Shown here: piece after piece, positions 30,794 to 40,348 of the stretch
Position numbering within the stretch: the first letter of the stretch is position 1
How the letters are laid out: each line of letters opens with the position of its first letter
Source of the DNA: Opitutales bacterium
Lineage (GTDB): Bacteria; Verrucomicrobiota; Verrucomicrobiia; Opitutales; PNEW01
Assembly (NCBI GenBank): GCA_965197745.1
Contig: CBDANS010000007.1
Location: 96,001 to 160,000 of the forward strand
Reading direction: 5' to 3'
DNA: 64,000 bases
The notes under the pieces: generated by a model
The model's database searches: none
What the model saw: only the letters and a program-made list of their open reading frames with translations
Told to the model about the DNA's origin: nothing
Program-made: the position numbers and the translations under genes

Positions 30794-32335
30794 ATGGCTG
30801 GGAAATTCATTCCGAAAGATGATCTGCCGTTTGTCGAAACGGTAGCACGCATTGCTTATTGCAATCATTTTCTCAAGGAGAGAATTGATCTCGAAAAAGA
30901 AGCGTTAGGCAGTGATTACAAAGAGGACACACGAGATTGGAATATAAATCCGGTTGAGACTAGACGCAGTGCCAATCTGATTGCCATAATAGAACGGAGC
31001 AAAGAGGTAATTGAAAAATGCCGTAAAAATATAATTCGCGAAAAAGGCGCTGAAGCGCGGGAATTAAAGCTATACTTCGACTTTGTCTATTTTACCTATT
31101 TTCATGATTTTACTGATGCCTATGATAAGATTATAGCTTACGCCTATAAAAACAGATGTGATCCCGATCGCATAGACATGTATGATTCTTTTAGTGAAGT
31201 TTATAATCATTATTTTAATCCAGGATCTGTTAAGTTAGAGGCAGAATTTTCCTGTGCTCATTTATTTGCCTGCTTTTCACAAATACGGCGCGCTTTTTTT
31301 CATATCTTCCTCTTTATAATTGGAGCCTCACCGGCCGCGATGCGATTGCGATCAAGGGTTTGGCAGTCGATATTCACTCATGATATGGAACGATACCAGA
31401 AAACGCTATACAATCGCATGGGAGATATTATTACCCCCATTACGGGGCCCTCCGGATCTGGCAAGGAGCTGGTCGCGCAAGCGGTAGGCCTCTCACGATT
31501 TATTCCTTTTGACGAAAAGAAATGTCAATTTCATGAATGCTTTATTGAAGCCTTCTACCCTATCAATCTATCCGCACTCTCAGCCACCCTCATCGAGTCG
31601 GAACTGTTCGGTCACCGTAAAGGTGCGTTTACGGGAGCCCTGCAGGATCGCCAGGGGTACCTCGAAGTTTGCGGGCCCTGCGGCACGATATTTCTCGATG
31701 AAATAGGTGATGTCAGCAGCGATATTCAGGTCAAGCTGTTGCGGGTGCTACAGACCCGACAATTTCAACGACTGGGAGATACCAAACCCATACCTTTTTT
31801 GGGTAAAATCATGGGCGCGACCAACAAGGACCTTGCATCCGAGATGAACTGTGAGCGCTTCCGCAAGGACTTATATTATCGCATGTGTGCCGACCGAATT
31901 GAAACACTAGCCTTAAAAGATATCCTTACCGACAGTCCCGATGAATGCTTTTACCTCGTTCGTCATATCGCAAAAAAAGTGGCTGGGGAGGAAGTTGCGG
32001 AAAGTCTCTCTAAAGAGGTAGTTACCTGGATTGAAAAACAGCTAGGGAGCAATTATCCCTGGCCCGGCAATTTTCGTGAACTCGAACAATGTGTTTGTAA
32101 CATCCTTATTCATCATGAATACCATCCCGAGCACAGTGGTGACGGTGATTTAGAAACTCAATTCGATAACTACAACTTAACCGCTGAAGAAGTGCTTCGG
32201 CAATATATTACACGCGTATATTTACATACGAATAATAATTTGCAAGAGACAGCGCGCGTTGTTGGATACGATCGCCGTACCGTAAAGAAATTTATCGATC
32301 AAGACCAACTTGATAAAATTTCTAACAATGACTGA
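30794..32335 (+). CDS. sigma54-dependent enhancer-binding activator with atypical N-terminal domain
   Basis: Walker A 'GPSGSGKE', '[15 protein letters not shown]', Walker B 'IFLDEIGD', '[10 protein letters not shown]', C-terminal HTH. Confidence 0.93.
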   Translation: MAGKFIPKDDLPFVETVARIAYCNHFLKERIDLEKEALGSDYKEDTRDWNINPVETRRSANLIAIIERSKEVIEKCRKNIIREKGAEARELKLYFDFVYFTYFHDFTDAYDKIIAYAYKNRCDPDRIDMYDSFSEVYNHYFNPGSVKLEAEFSCAHLFACFSQIRRAFFHIFLFIIGASPAAMRLRSRVWQSIFTHDMERYQKTLYNRMGDIITPITGPSGSGKELVAQAVGLSRFIPFDEKKCQFHECFIEAFYPINLSALSATLIESELFGHRKGAFTGALQDRQGYLEVCGPCGTIFLDEIGDVSSDIQVKLLRVLQTRQFQRLGDTKPIPFLGKIMGATNKDLASEMNCERFRKDLYYRMCADRIETLALKDILTDSPDECFYLVRHIAKKVAGEEVAESLSKEVVTWIEKQLGSNYPWPGNFRELEQCVCNILIHHEYHPEHSGDGDLETQFDNYNLTAEEVLRQYITRVYLHTNNNLQETARVVGYDRRTVKKFIDQDQLDKISNND

Positions 32336-32392
32336 GTGTTTACCGCTCAGATAGGCATTTTTACCCCCGCATCGTAAGTGCCCATAAAAGGC

Positions 32393-33859
32393 CTAACAAT
32401 TATCAGTTTTTCGCTTTTTGAAAATTATATCTTTTACGGTCGGTTCAAAAGGAATGGCGATAGATTCAACCATCCCCCGCTTATTTAATTTAAAAGAGGC
32501 CTTGAGGAGATCGCCTATAATCGGATTGTTCATTTCAAATACATCATCCTGTTTATGTTTTAATCGGAATGTGAACAAATTAAAACAGAGTGCGAGTTGG
32601 CGTTTTTCTAGAGAAATGACAAGGGACCCATAACCAGGATTGAAATAAATTCCCGTATAATCTTTGAGTGGTTTGGAACATCCTGCTCCCCGTGTTTTTT
32701 TATTCTTTTTCTCAGCTAATGCCTTGTCCTTTTTGTTTAATCTTTTGCATCGGGCATTCCAGGGTAATAGATCAAGTCCCATAATACGGTCATAGATATT
32801 AAGGGGAATAATGATACTTAACGGTGAGCTCATTATATTGGTGAGAACAATAACTCCTGTAGATTCTGTGGGCATAAAAGAAGCGTCTGCATTAAAACCA
32901 CCATATTGGCCTCCGTGTCGTATCCACTGATAGCCCCGATAGGGTCGGATGTTCCAACCCAGGGCATAGAAACCATAAAATAATTCATTGTTTATTCCTT
33001 GACGTGTATCTACTACCTGGGGGGTATGAATTTCATTTAATGACTGCTCTGTGATAATTGATTGACCACCCACTTTCCCCCGGGACATTTGAAATTTCAG
33101 CCAGCGACACATATCTTCACCATTGGAAATAATCGATCCGGCAGGTCCGCACGGTCCTATACCGGTCCGGGCATTGATTCCTCTCTTAGAACCACGATCC
33201 CATCGGATTAATTTATTTTTCACCTTTTCATACCCAATGGCAAGGTGGCCATTCTCAGCCAGATCAGGAGCAAAAAAATAACTGTTATTCATTCCCAATG
33301 GCTTGAATAGGCGGTCGTTAATAAACTGTTCCCAGGATAAGTGAGTGACATGCTCAATTAAAGCGCCGGTCACAAGATACATTAGATTATTGTATTGGTA
33401 TACTGTGCGAAAATCTTTATTCAGGTCCAGGTAGCGCAACCTTTTAATGACCTCATCACGCGTCATCGATGATCCGGCAAAGGCAAAGTCATGTTGGGGC
33501 AGGCCGCTGCGATGAGTGAGGAGATCCCGGGGAGTCAAACGTTCGGTCGCTACCGCATCTTTCATCTTAAAGTGTGGCAGGTATTGCCTGACCGGGGTAT
33601 CCCATTCCAGTTTCCCCTCGTCGACAAGGATTCCTATCGCGGTTGCCGTAAATGATTTGGTGCATGAGCCAACCCCAAAGTGGGTGCCCGGCTCTACAGG
33701 CAATGAACGCTTCATATCCCGTGTGCCGTATCCCTTTAAATAGACAATACGATTCTTATTAATAATACCCAGAGCAAGACCGGGGACATCCCAATCTTTC
33801 ATGCATTTCTTAATAAAGCGATCAACGCCATCCAGGTATTTTTCATTTTTCGGGTTCAT
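32393..33859 (-). CDS. Serine hydrolase, beta-lactamase class C-like, with DUF3471-like C-terminus
   Basis: SxxK 'GSCTKSF', 'LLTHRSG', YxN 'YQYNN', 'HGG', 'YTGIYFNPGYG'. Confidence 0.9.
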   Translation of the reverse strand: MNPKNEKYLDGVDRFIKKCMKDWDVPGLALGIINKNRIVYLKGYGTRDMKRSLPVEPGTHFGVGSCTKSFTATAIGILVDEGKLEWDTPVRQYLPHFKMKDAVATERLTPRDLLTHRSGLPQHDFAFAGSSMTRDEVIKRLRYLDLNKDFRTVYQYNNLMYLVTGALIEHVTHLSWEQFINDRLFKPLGMNNSYFFAPDLAENGHLAIGYEKVKNKLIRWDRGSKRGINARTGIGPCGPAGSIISNGEDMCRWLKFQMSRGKVGGQSIITEQSLNEIHTPQVVDTRQGINNELFYGFYALGWNIRPYRGYQWIRHGGQYGGFNADASFMPTESTGVIVLTNIMSSPLSIIIPLNIYDRIMGLDLLPWNARCKRLNKKDKALAEKKNKKTRGAGCSKPLKDYTGIYFNPGYGSLVISLEKRQLALCFNLFTFRLKHKQDDVFEMNNPIIGDLLKASFKLNKRGMVESIAIPFEPTVKDIIFKKRKTDNC

Positions 33860-34110
33860 CTTAAGCAGTATTAATCTCTTATAAATTTAAAATTATAATC
33901 CAATAATTAATTATTATAGTGTTTCCACATGCATATCTCCCAGCATAAATACCAGAAGACTGGTAACCATTATTAACTAACATAAAAAACCCCTCCATTT
34001 GACATCGGGCTCAAATGCATGGCTATAATTTTGACTGTATATAATTTAATTTTTTCTTTTTAGATTACAATTTGAAATAAATTTTAATTAAGGATTGAAT
34101 ATATGAAATG

Positions 34111-34533
34111 TTAACATGAAGGCGCACGGCCGACTCCAGAGTCACTAAACGCATCGATAATGATGATTACGTCACCAATAACTTCAAAGAGAGTTGCTGT
34201 TTTTTGAGCGTCGAAATAACGTAATTCCAACGTTTCAATTTCGCTTATAGGAATAGCTTCATCGGTGGTATTTATAGCATCGGGTGAGATACTGACTATT
34301 TTTATATTATGCGATTTTCCATCTTTGGTCGTGATCTTTACTTTATCACCAACATTTAATTCGAATCGAAAATCAGTCGTCAATGGATCAACAGCCTGAT
34401 AAGTGGTGCAGGCTGTAATGTTGAACGACCCCACCAGGATGATCATGCTTATGACTTTTTTATGTAATAAGAGAGCCATGAGAGAAAACTCCTGATGATT
34501 GGTTTTCGTGTCTAATGAAATGTGTTGGGTCAT
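34111..34533 (-). CDS. Hypothetical lipoprotein
   Basis: Hydrophobic leader ending 'NITAC'; beta-rich 'VGDKVKITTKDG'; the start may be an internal Met. Confidence 0.65.
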   Translation of the reverse strand: MTQHISLDTKTNHQEFSLMALLLHKKVISMIILVGSFNITACTTYQAVDPLTTDFRFELNVGDKVKITTKDGKSHNIKIVSISPDAINTTDEAIPISEIETLELRYFDAQKTATLFEVIGDVIIIIDAFSDSGVGRAPSC

Positions 34534-34685
34534 TTTTCCGGGTCTGATAATATATATTCAATTACGCGATTGTAAAGTTGACACGTGTATAAGGGGTTAT
34601 CTATCATGTTTGAATGCGTAGAAGGGCACAGTTGTTTTTCATCTGGGTTGGAGAGGTGTTTGTTGGTTTAATTGTGGATTTTTTT

Positions 34686-35126
34686 ATGGAAGACAAGTAT
34701 AACCTGATTATATATATTTTCGTGGCTATTATTGCAATAGGGGCGGCTATTTGCCTCTCCTTGCCTGAAATAATAGCTTGGCTTTCTGGTAGGACGTCAT
34801 TCAAAACGGCTGCCAAAAGCTTTATTAAAGCACCATCTACTCATACATGGATGCCAGAAAGCGAAATACTAAAAATTATCCGAAAATCATCTGCTGTCAT
34901 GAAAAACAGCCCTCGGAGAAATCAACCAGCTAGGACTATGCATGATACATTCATGTCACCGTTCATAGCTGGTCCAAGTGGGGAAACACAATACATACGT
35001 CAGCATGAAAAGGATGCATCCAAAGGAATTTTATATAATATTGTTGAAAAGCATCCGTCCGCTAAAAATGGAGACAAGTTCAGCAAAGAAATTATTGAAT
35101 TTGAGCTATACCAAATGGTGCTCTAG
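34686..35126 (+). CDS. IS passenger: hypothetical protein with N-terminal TM helix
   Basis: ORF inside the TIRs; 'LIIYIFVAIIAIGAAICLSL'; alternative start 34614. Confidence 0.6.
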   Translation: MEDKYNLIIYIFVAIIAIGAAICLSLPEIIAWLSGRTSFKTAAKSFIKAPSTHTWMPESEILKIIRKSSAVMKNSPRRNQPARTMHDTFMSPFIAGPSGETQYIRQHEKDASKGILYNIVEKHPSAKNGDKFSKEIIEFELYQMVL

Positions 35127-35152
35127 GCATAACGGGAGAGGAAATCTTTATT

Positions 35153-35359
35153 ATGGCTATTGGAAAATATTTGAGTTTGGAAGAAGCTTGCAAAAAGGGT
35201 AAGTTAAAACGCTTTGCTAAAGAACACCAAGCTGAAGCTGACGAGCGGTTTTGGCCAACACTGGATGCAGCAGTTACAGGGAGGAAATCAAAGCAGGAAA
35301 CATCTGTTCAGGCTTGTGTCGATAATTGTAACGAAACTCAAACTCTTTCAGATACTTGA
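35153..35359 (+). CDS. IS passenger: small protein overlapping the transposase 3' end
   Basis: 68 aa 'MAIGKYLSLEEACKKGKLKRFAKEH', GAGAGG upstream; convergent overlap with the transposase. Confidence 0.55.
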   Translation: MAIGKYLSLEEACKKGKLKRFAKEHQAEADERFWPTLDAAVTGRKSKQETSVQACVDNCNETQTLSDT

Positions 35360-36131
35360 AAAGATGATTTTCAGAAACATGAATATGTGTTCCACGGATA
35401 GACAATTTCAAACGAGCCCAAAATCCTTCAATGCTATTTACATGGGAGCCACCAAGCACCCATTTGCCAGCACCATGATTCACTTTCTTATGATTATATC
35501 CAACTTTGTTGAGACCCTTGTAAGAACGAAGCTCGTCTGTGTGAACGGTACTACCAGCCTTCACATTCTCTTTAATAATAGGCTGCAAGGTGCGTTTTTT
35601 GACATTGGAAACAACCTTTGTTATTACATCACCATCTCTGTTCAGCATGCCAAACGCAATCGCCTTATTGGGTGCACCACGGCCACGCTTACCACCGGAG
35701 GACTTACCACCAATATAGGTTTCATCGGCCTCGATATTGCCATTAAGAGGACTTTCACTATCCGTATTGGACATGTGCTCACGTATTTTATGAGCCATTC
35801 TCAAAGCAGTCGGATAAGCCACCCCAAGTTGTCTGTGAAGCTCCATAGCGGGGACTCCATGTCTTGTGGTAGTGAAAAGATAAATGGCATAAAACCATTT
35901 CTGCAATGGAACATGCGAACCTACAAACATGGTTTTGCTCATTGGATAGATTTCATGACCGCACCAAGCACACTCATAAGCGGGGTGGCGTTTAGTGCGA
36001 TAGAACTTTCCATGCTTACCGCATTTTGGGCAATCCATTGTATCACCATGTTGCTTATGCATCAGGTAATCAAGGCAGGCATTGTCATTCGGAAAATTTT
36101 GTATAAACGCTTGAAATGTCGTAGTTTTCAT
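35274..36131 (-). CDS. IS1595 family transposase
   Basis: Zn ribbon CPKC...CAWC; 'IEADETYIGG', 'VHTDE', 'VNH', 'HVNSIEGFW', 'YLKEFEFRYN'. Confidence 0.95.
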   Translation of the reverse strand: MKTTTFQAFIQNFPNDNACLDYLMHKQHGDTMDCPKCGKHGKFYRTKRHPAYECAWCGHEIYPMSKTMFVGSHVPLQKWFYAIYLFTTTRHGVPAMELHRQLGVAYPTALRMAHKIREHMSNTDSESPLNGNIEADETYIGGKSSGGKRGRGAPNKAIAFGMLNRDGDVITKVVSNVKKRTLQPIIKENVKAGSTVHTDELRSYKGLNKVGYNHKKVNHGAGKWVLGGSHVNSIEGFWARLKLSIRGTHIHVSENHLFKYLKEFEFRYNYRHKPEQMFPALISSL

Positions 36132-36209
36132 AATTACCTCCCATTTTTAAAGGTATATTACAAGAATTACTTACACGTGTCAACTATATAATTACGTTCA
36201 ATTAAATGA

Positions 36210-36225
36210 CGCATAAAGAATGCCA
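36210..36225 (-). promoter_or_regulatory. sigma54 promoter now pointing into the IS1595 element
   Basis: Minus strand TGGCATTCTTTATGCG (GG-N10-GC); TGT-N10-ACA box at 36340-36355. Confidence 0.7.
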
Positions 36226-36712
36226 ATGAAACACACAGTTACATTAGTTGTTGAATAAAAATAACATATAGTACCTTAGCAGCATCAGATAAAGAGAGAC
36301 AATGGCCTGAAATGGACATAGGATGGCAATGGCAGTACATGTCGTGTATGCCACAGTTCCACCCGGTTCCTGCGAGGGGATAGGTTAAAACGATGGAGGT
36401 ACCCTATGGTATTCTACCAATCGAACACCCGGGGAATGGGTTGGCAGATTGAAAATTGAGCGACTGAATAATCAAGCAATTTCCTCTACGGATCCCTATC
36501 TTCAGGGACTCTACCGGCGACACGGCATTATGATAAGTGATCAGTAAAGATCTGAGATAAAAGACCGCGCCGCGCTGACTTACGGGTCATGCATAAAATG
36601 TATTCCTGTAAACATTCTATGCTGACATTCGTCTTACGAAAGCACCCTTACAAACCGGCGAAAAATTTTTAATCAGGTTAGCTTCAATAACTTAAAAATC
36701 AGAAGTAATAAT

Positions 36713-36728
36713 TGGCATCAACGATGCT
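36713..36728 (+). promoter_or_regulatory. sigma54 promoter
   Basis: TGGCATCAACGATGCT (GG-N10-GC); IHF-like TTCAATAACTTA about 30 bp upstream; TGT-N10-ACA at 36601-36616. Confidence 0.7.
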
Positions 36729-36786
36729 AAGTAAACGGCAAGATTCAATAAGAACGCAGTTTAATAAAACAGGGAGATGAACAATC

Positions 36787-37002
36787 ATGATGCCGATTAA
36801 CAAAGTTAAACCAAGAAATATTACAGGCGATACTGAAGAGCTGCTCGATGTTTTCTATACAATGTTCGCCGGTGCGATGTTCGAAGCGCAGACCAAGGGC
36901 GAAATCAAGCCCTTCAGCGCATCACGTAAAACGATCCCCTCACGGAAGCATAGAGGAGACCAGGAAAATTCAAACAAATACCGTAAAGCTTTTTTGCAGT
37001 AG
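36787..37002 (+). CDS. Small hypothetical protein
   Basis: 71 aa, GGGAG RBS, directly downstream of a sigma54 promoter. Confidence 0.5.
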   Translation: MMPINKVKPRNITGDTEELLDVFYTMFAGAMFEAQTKGEIKPFSASRKTIPSRKHRGDQENSNKYRKAFLQ

Positions 37003-37176
37003 ATAGAGGAGTCCAGACCATGAGTCGAATAGAACAAGCTTATTGGAACAAGCGGTGTTTAATTGAGGATATAAAAGCGCGACGCTGGGAGTGCTTCTGC
37101 TTCCACATTCACGGGCTGTATCGAGCAGTGGGTCTCGAGCATTAGTCATTATTTAATGGGTAATGTCTGAAAAAAA

Positions 37177-38604
37177 GTGATGAACGCTATTAAAGTCATG
37201 AAACACAATTTTATGAAATTTCAACTGCAGAGTTTCGCTGTAACTTTTTTCTTTTTAACCACGAGCATCTTAAGGGCGAGCGATAATACGCCTCATATAA
37301 CTTTAGAACCACCCGATGCGGAATCCGAAACCACGGTCGAACTGGTACTCGAAGGATCGGGAGAAACGGTGGGCGAAAATATCGTTCACGCCAACGGCAA
37401 TATATATAACCAGGTCTTACTCACGGGCGAGCGCGTAACCCTTCGAACCGATGAAGGTGAAATTACACACGTTTCATTCATTGACGAAAACGATGACATC
37501 GTTCAAGTGGAATTCTCCGGTAACGCGATTGTGACCCTTTCACTGAATCCTAATACCTTTCAACCCGCTGCACCACCGGTTAAATATAATCAGCCGTCAG
37601 TGAATTATGTAAAAGGTCGGGCCACGGTAACGGTTGAAGAAGCAGACGAAAACACCTTTTTAAGTATCTTCACGGTGGGTAGCCTTAATGCTGTAAATCA
37701 ATCCTTATTTCCCATGGGTGTGGATTATGATGGTATGGCAGATGTTGCTTTGCTTGAAATTTCAGGAAACGGGATTGGCGGTATATTGACCGCGAATACA
37801 AGGTTTTCAGATGATAATGGATTTACCGGAATTCTTGCCGATGAAGTGAATGTCCGCTATCGCGCAACAGTCGGTGATATCGATGCGCGCGGCAGCGCGG
37901 TGCCGACTTTAGTTTTTGGTGAAGGTTCTGTTTTTGAAAATGATGACGGGGCAATACTGATCGCGGGGGGCAATTTGGTTCAATCTAATGGGACTGACGT
38001 GACAGTCAGCTTAACGGGAAGTAATGCCGGATTTAGTTCCGTCAGTTCGCGACCCAATTTTAAATCGAATGGAACGGAACAATCAGCACAAATCATTCCC
38101 GTTACCTTTACTAATTTGTCGGGTCAGATTATCAGTGTTCCCGTTGGTGAACAATCAGCACCGGGTCAATCTGCGGGATCAGCGCCGTCCAGTTTAGATG
38201 GGAAAACGTATATGGCTATCGTCGATGGATTTCCGGAATTTCCAGACAGTTATTCCTTTGAAGGAGACACCAGTGGAACGTTTAAGGATGAAGCCGATTT
38301 AACGATTGAGGGAATATTTATTTCGGTCCTAATCACCGGGACATTTAATTATTCAATAGATATTAATGATCCCAACAGGGCGTTTCTTACGATAAATATA
38401 GAATATTATTCTGCAATAATCCCGGGAATTTTAAAAATGGAGGGTACTCCTCATGAGTTGGCAAACGATCTGCTCATTCCTGCTCCAAGATCAGTGGTTT
38501 ACACAATTGATTTTATCAGTTCTGCAAATGGCGCTTTTGTCAGCAATATTACATATACGGATGGTACGGTTTATCTAAGTCATGGCACCTTTGTTGGGGA
38601 GTAA
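37177..38604 (+). CDS. Secreted hypothetical protein, Opitutae-type extracellular domain
   Basis: Signal peptide; 'HANGNIYNQVLLTG...SFIDENDDIVQVEFSG...YNQPSVNYVKG...YDGMADVA' resembles a domain I recall from Opitutaceae proteins (unverified). Confidence 0.7.
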   Translation: MMNAIKVMKHNFMKFQLQSFAVTFFFLTTSILRASDNTPHITLEPPDAESETTVELVLEGSGETVGENIVHANGNIYNQVLLTGERVTLRTDEGEITHVSFIDENDDIVQVEFSGNAIVTLSLNPNTFQPAAPPVKYNQPSVNYVKGRATVTVEEADENTFLSIFTVGSLNAVNQSLFPMGVDYDGMADVALLEISGNGIGGILTANTRFSDDNGFTGILADEVNVRYRATVGDIDARGSAVPTLVFGEGSVFENDDGAILIAGGNLVQSNGTDVTVSLTGSNAGFSSVSSRPNFKSNGTEQSAQIIPVTFTNLSGQIISVPVGEQSAPGQSAGSAPSSLDGKTYMAIVDGFPEFPDSYSFEGDTSGTFKDEADLTIEGIFISVLITGTFNYSIDINDPNRAFLTINIEYYSAIIPGILKMEGTPHELANDLLIPAPRSVVYTIDFISSANGAFVSNITYTDGTVYLSHGTFVGE

Positions 38605-38623
38605 TTCATATTGAATTAAGATA

Positions 38624-40066
38624 ATGAAATTTTTCATTAAAGGATATTGGATACTTTTTTTTCTGAATATTTCCCTTGGTGCTACCGAAATAAATTCATC
38701 AAGTCCTGGAGTTTGCCTCGGACCTGAAATCTTAATCGGGAAGAGTATCTACCAGAATACAACTTTTATTACAGGGGTGTCAGTTTTTTCAAAACAGATA
38801 AGGGTCACTTCTGGGAATTTTCAGGCGTTAATAGACAAGGATGATCAGGTTCATGTATTATTATCACTTATAGATAAAAAAATATATATGACAATCAACC
38901 TGGAAGGGACTGTTAAAAAATCAGTAGTTAAAGATTACGGTTTTGGCGGCGGGACGGGTTATACTAATGACGAAATGGCTCTCGATCAGGAAGGGATTAT
39001 CCATGTTTTTTCACAAAGCGTTGATTATTTCACATGGTATTATGAGCATTATGTGCAAAGTGGAGACCAGTGGGAAGTGTCCCCCGAGAGTATTATGGAA
39101 TTCGCAAAAACCAGCCCTCAATGGTCTGAAGGCGATAATGGAAAAATTCCTTTTATCAACAGCTGTAAAGGTGAAGAGATACTTCACGGTTATATCATGT
39201 CCGCTAAAAAGAAAAGGGAGCAATCTTCTAATCGGTCGATATGGCATATAAAACCTGGTTACGTGGGAATATCTCCTTCTCCACCAAAGCCGAATAAAAT
39301 ATCGAATAAATTATTAATATTAAGGGAGAGCTCTATTGGTGGATCACGCGGTACGGTTATCGATGTGGAAGATAAATCTGCGATAGTAGACTTTTTAATC
39401 GAAGCTGATAAAAACGGAACGTTAAATGTTTTATATTTTATAGACACATTAAGGAAAAATGGAACTAGGAAAATCAATGTTGCTTTCGCTAAGCTTACGC
39501 CTGAAGAAACTGTAAATAATGATATCGAAATTGCAGTTACTCAAAAACGTGTGCCCTTAACCAGTCCAATAATGTATCCTGTATTCGAGGGAATGGAATT
39601 ACCTATAACTCGAGTGACAGGAAATCTGACTGGGGACTATCAAGGAATTCGGGTATATGATGAAATTCCATCTTACGACATGGCAGTCGACCAGGATTCA
39701 GGAATAGTAATGATTGCAAATATACCCTCACAACGGCCTATTGAACTTGGACCCATACAACCTTCACCCGCCATTGTCCGAACCATTATCGATGGCACCA
39801 TAGGTGATCCCGTTCAGCTCGGTAAGGACGTTTTCCAAATTAAAATTGCCCCGGCTGGAAAGGGAAATTTTCATGCCCTTCTTCTACATAAGAACGATGA
39901 AAAAGTTATATACATGAAGTATCACGATGGCGTCTGGTCGAAACCGATCGAAGTGGGGATTGGAAATTTGTTAAATGGACTGGTTTCAAGTAACGAAGGT
40001 AAGGTATTGGCCATCTGGAATTATAAACGTGAGATGAAAGCCAGGTGGATAGAGTCAATACATTAG
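38624..40066 (+). CDS. Secreted hypothetical protein, possible beta-propeller
   Basis: Signal peptide; recurring 'MALDQEGIIHV', 'ADKNGTLNV', 'MAVDQDSG', 'DGVWSKP' blade-like motifs. Confidence 0.65.
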   Translation: MKFFIKGYWILFFLNISLGATEINSSSPGVCLGPEILIGKSIYQNTTFITGVSVFSKQIRVTSGNFQALIDKDDQVHVLLSLIDKKIYMTINLEGTVKKSVVKDYGFGGGTGYTNDEMALDQEGIIHVFSQSVDYFTWYYEHYVQSGDQWEVSPESIMEFAKTSPQWSEGDNGKIPFINSCKGEEILHGYIMSAKKKREQSSNRSIWHIKPGYVGISPSPPKPNKISNKLLILRESSIGGSRGTVIDVEDKSAIVDFLIEADKNGTLNVLYFIDTLRKNGTRKINVAFAKLTPEETVNNDIEIAVTQKRVPLTSPIMYPVFEGMELPITRVTGNLTGDYQGIRVYDEIPSYDMAVDQDSGIVMIANIPSQRPIELGPIQPSPAIVRTIIDGTIGDPVQLGKDVFQIKIAPAGKGNFHALLLHKNDEKVIYMKYHDGVWSKPIEVGIGNLLNGLVSSNEGKVLAIWNYKREMKARWIESIH

Positions 40067-40348
40067 TCCATTCTAATGGGTAAGTTGTCCACGCTATGCT
40101 AATGGCGTTGAAGAAGTAATTTTATATGCTTAAAGTCGATAATCGTTTGGATTGGTAAAGTTCATATTCATTACACCTGACTGCAAAAGTAAAATCAGCT
40201 ATGGCGCGCGATTGGACGGCAGCGGCTCGAGTTCCCTGGGCCATCTCGAACATCAGTAGCGCTGTATTTATTTACTTACAAGATTTTATGTTTTTAGTTT
40301 GCAGAGCGACTTTATCTGGGATTAATTTCCAAACTCGCTTAAAATTAT

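Larger units (their letters stand above)
34565..36196 (-). mobile_element. IS1595-family element with passenger ORFs (1632 bp)
   Basis: 25-bp TIRs (CGCGATTGTAAAGTTGACACGTGTA / CGTAATTATATAGTTGACACGTGTA, 21 of 25 match); 8-bp TSD TTCAATTA at 34557-34564 and 36197-36204. Confidence 0.93.

Noticed and set aside
32393..33859. True beta-lactam resistance gene
   Set aside because: It lacks a signal peptide and has the serine hydrolase/DUF3471 architecture, so it is more likely a peptidase or esterase.
37020..37145. Short ORF 'MSRIEQA...' resembling the start of a PEP-CTERM-associated tyrosine autokinase
   Set aside because: The similarity is only about 7-11 residues and needs a frameshift; insufficient support.
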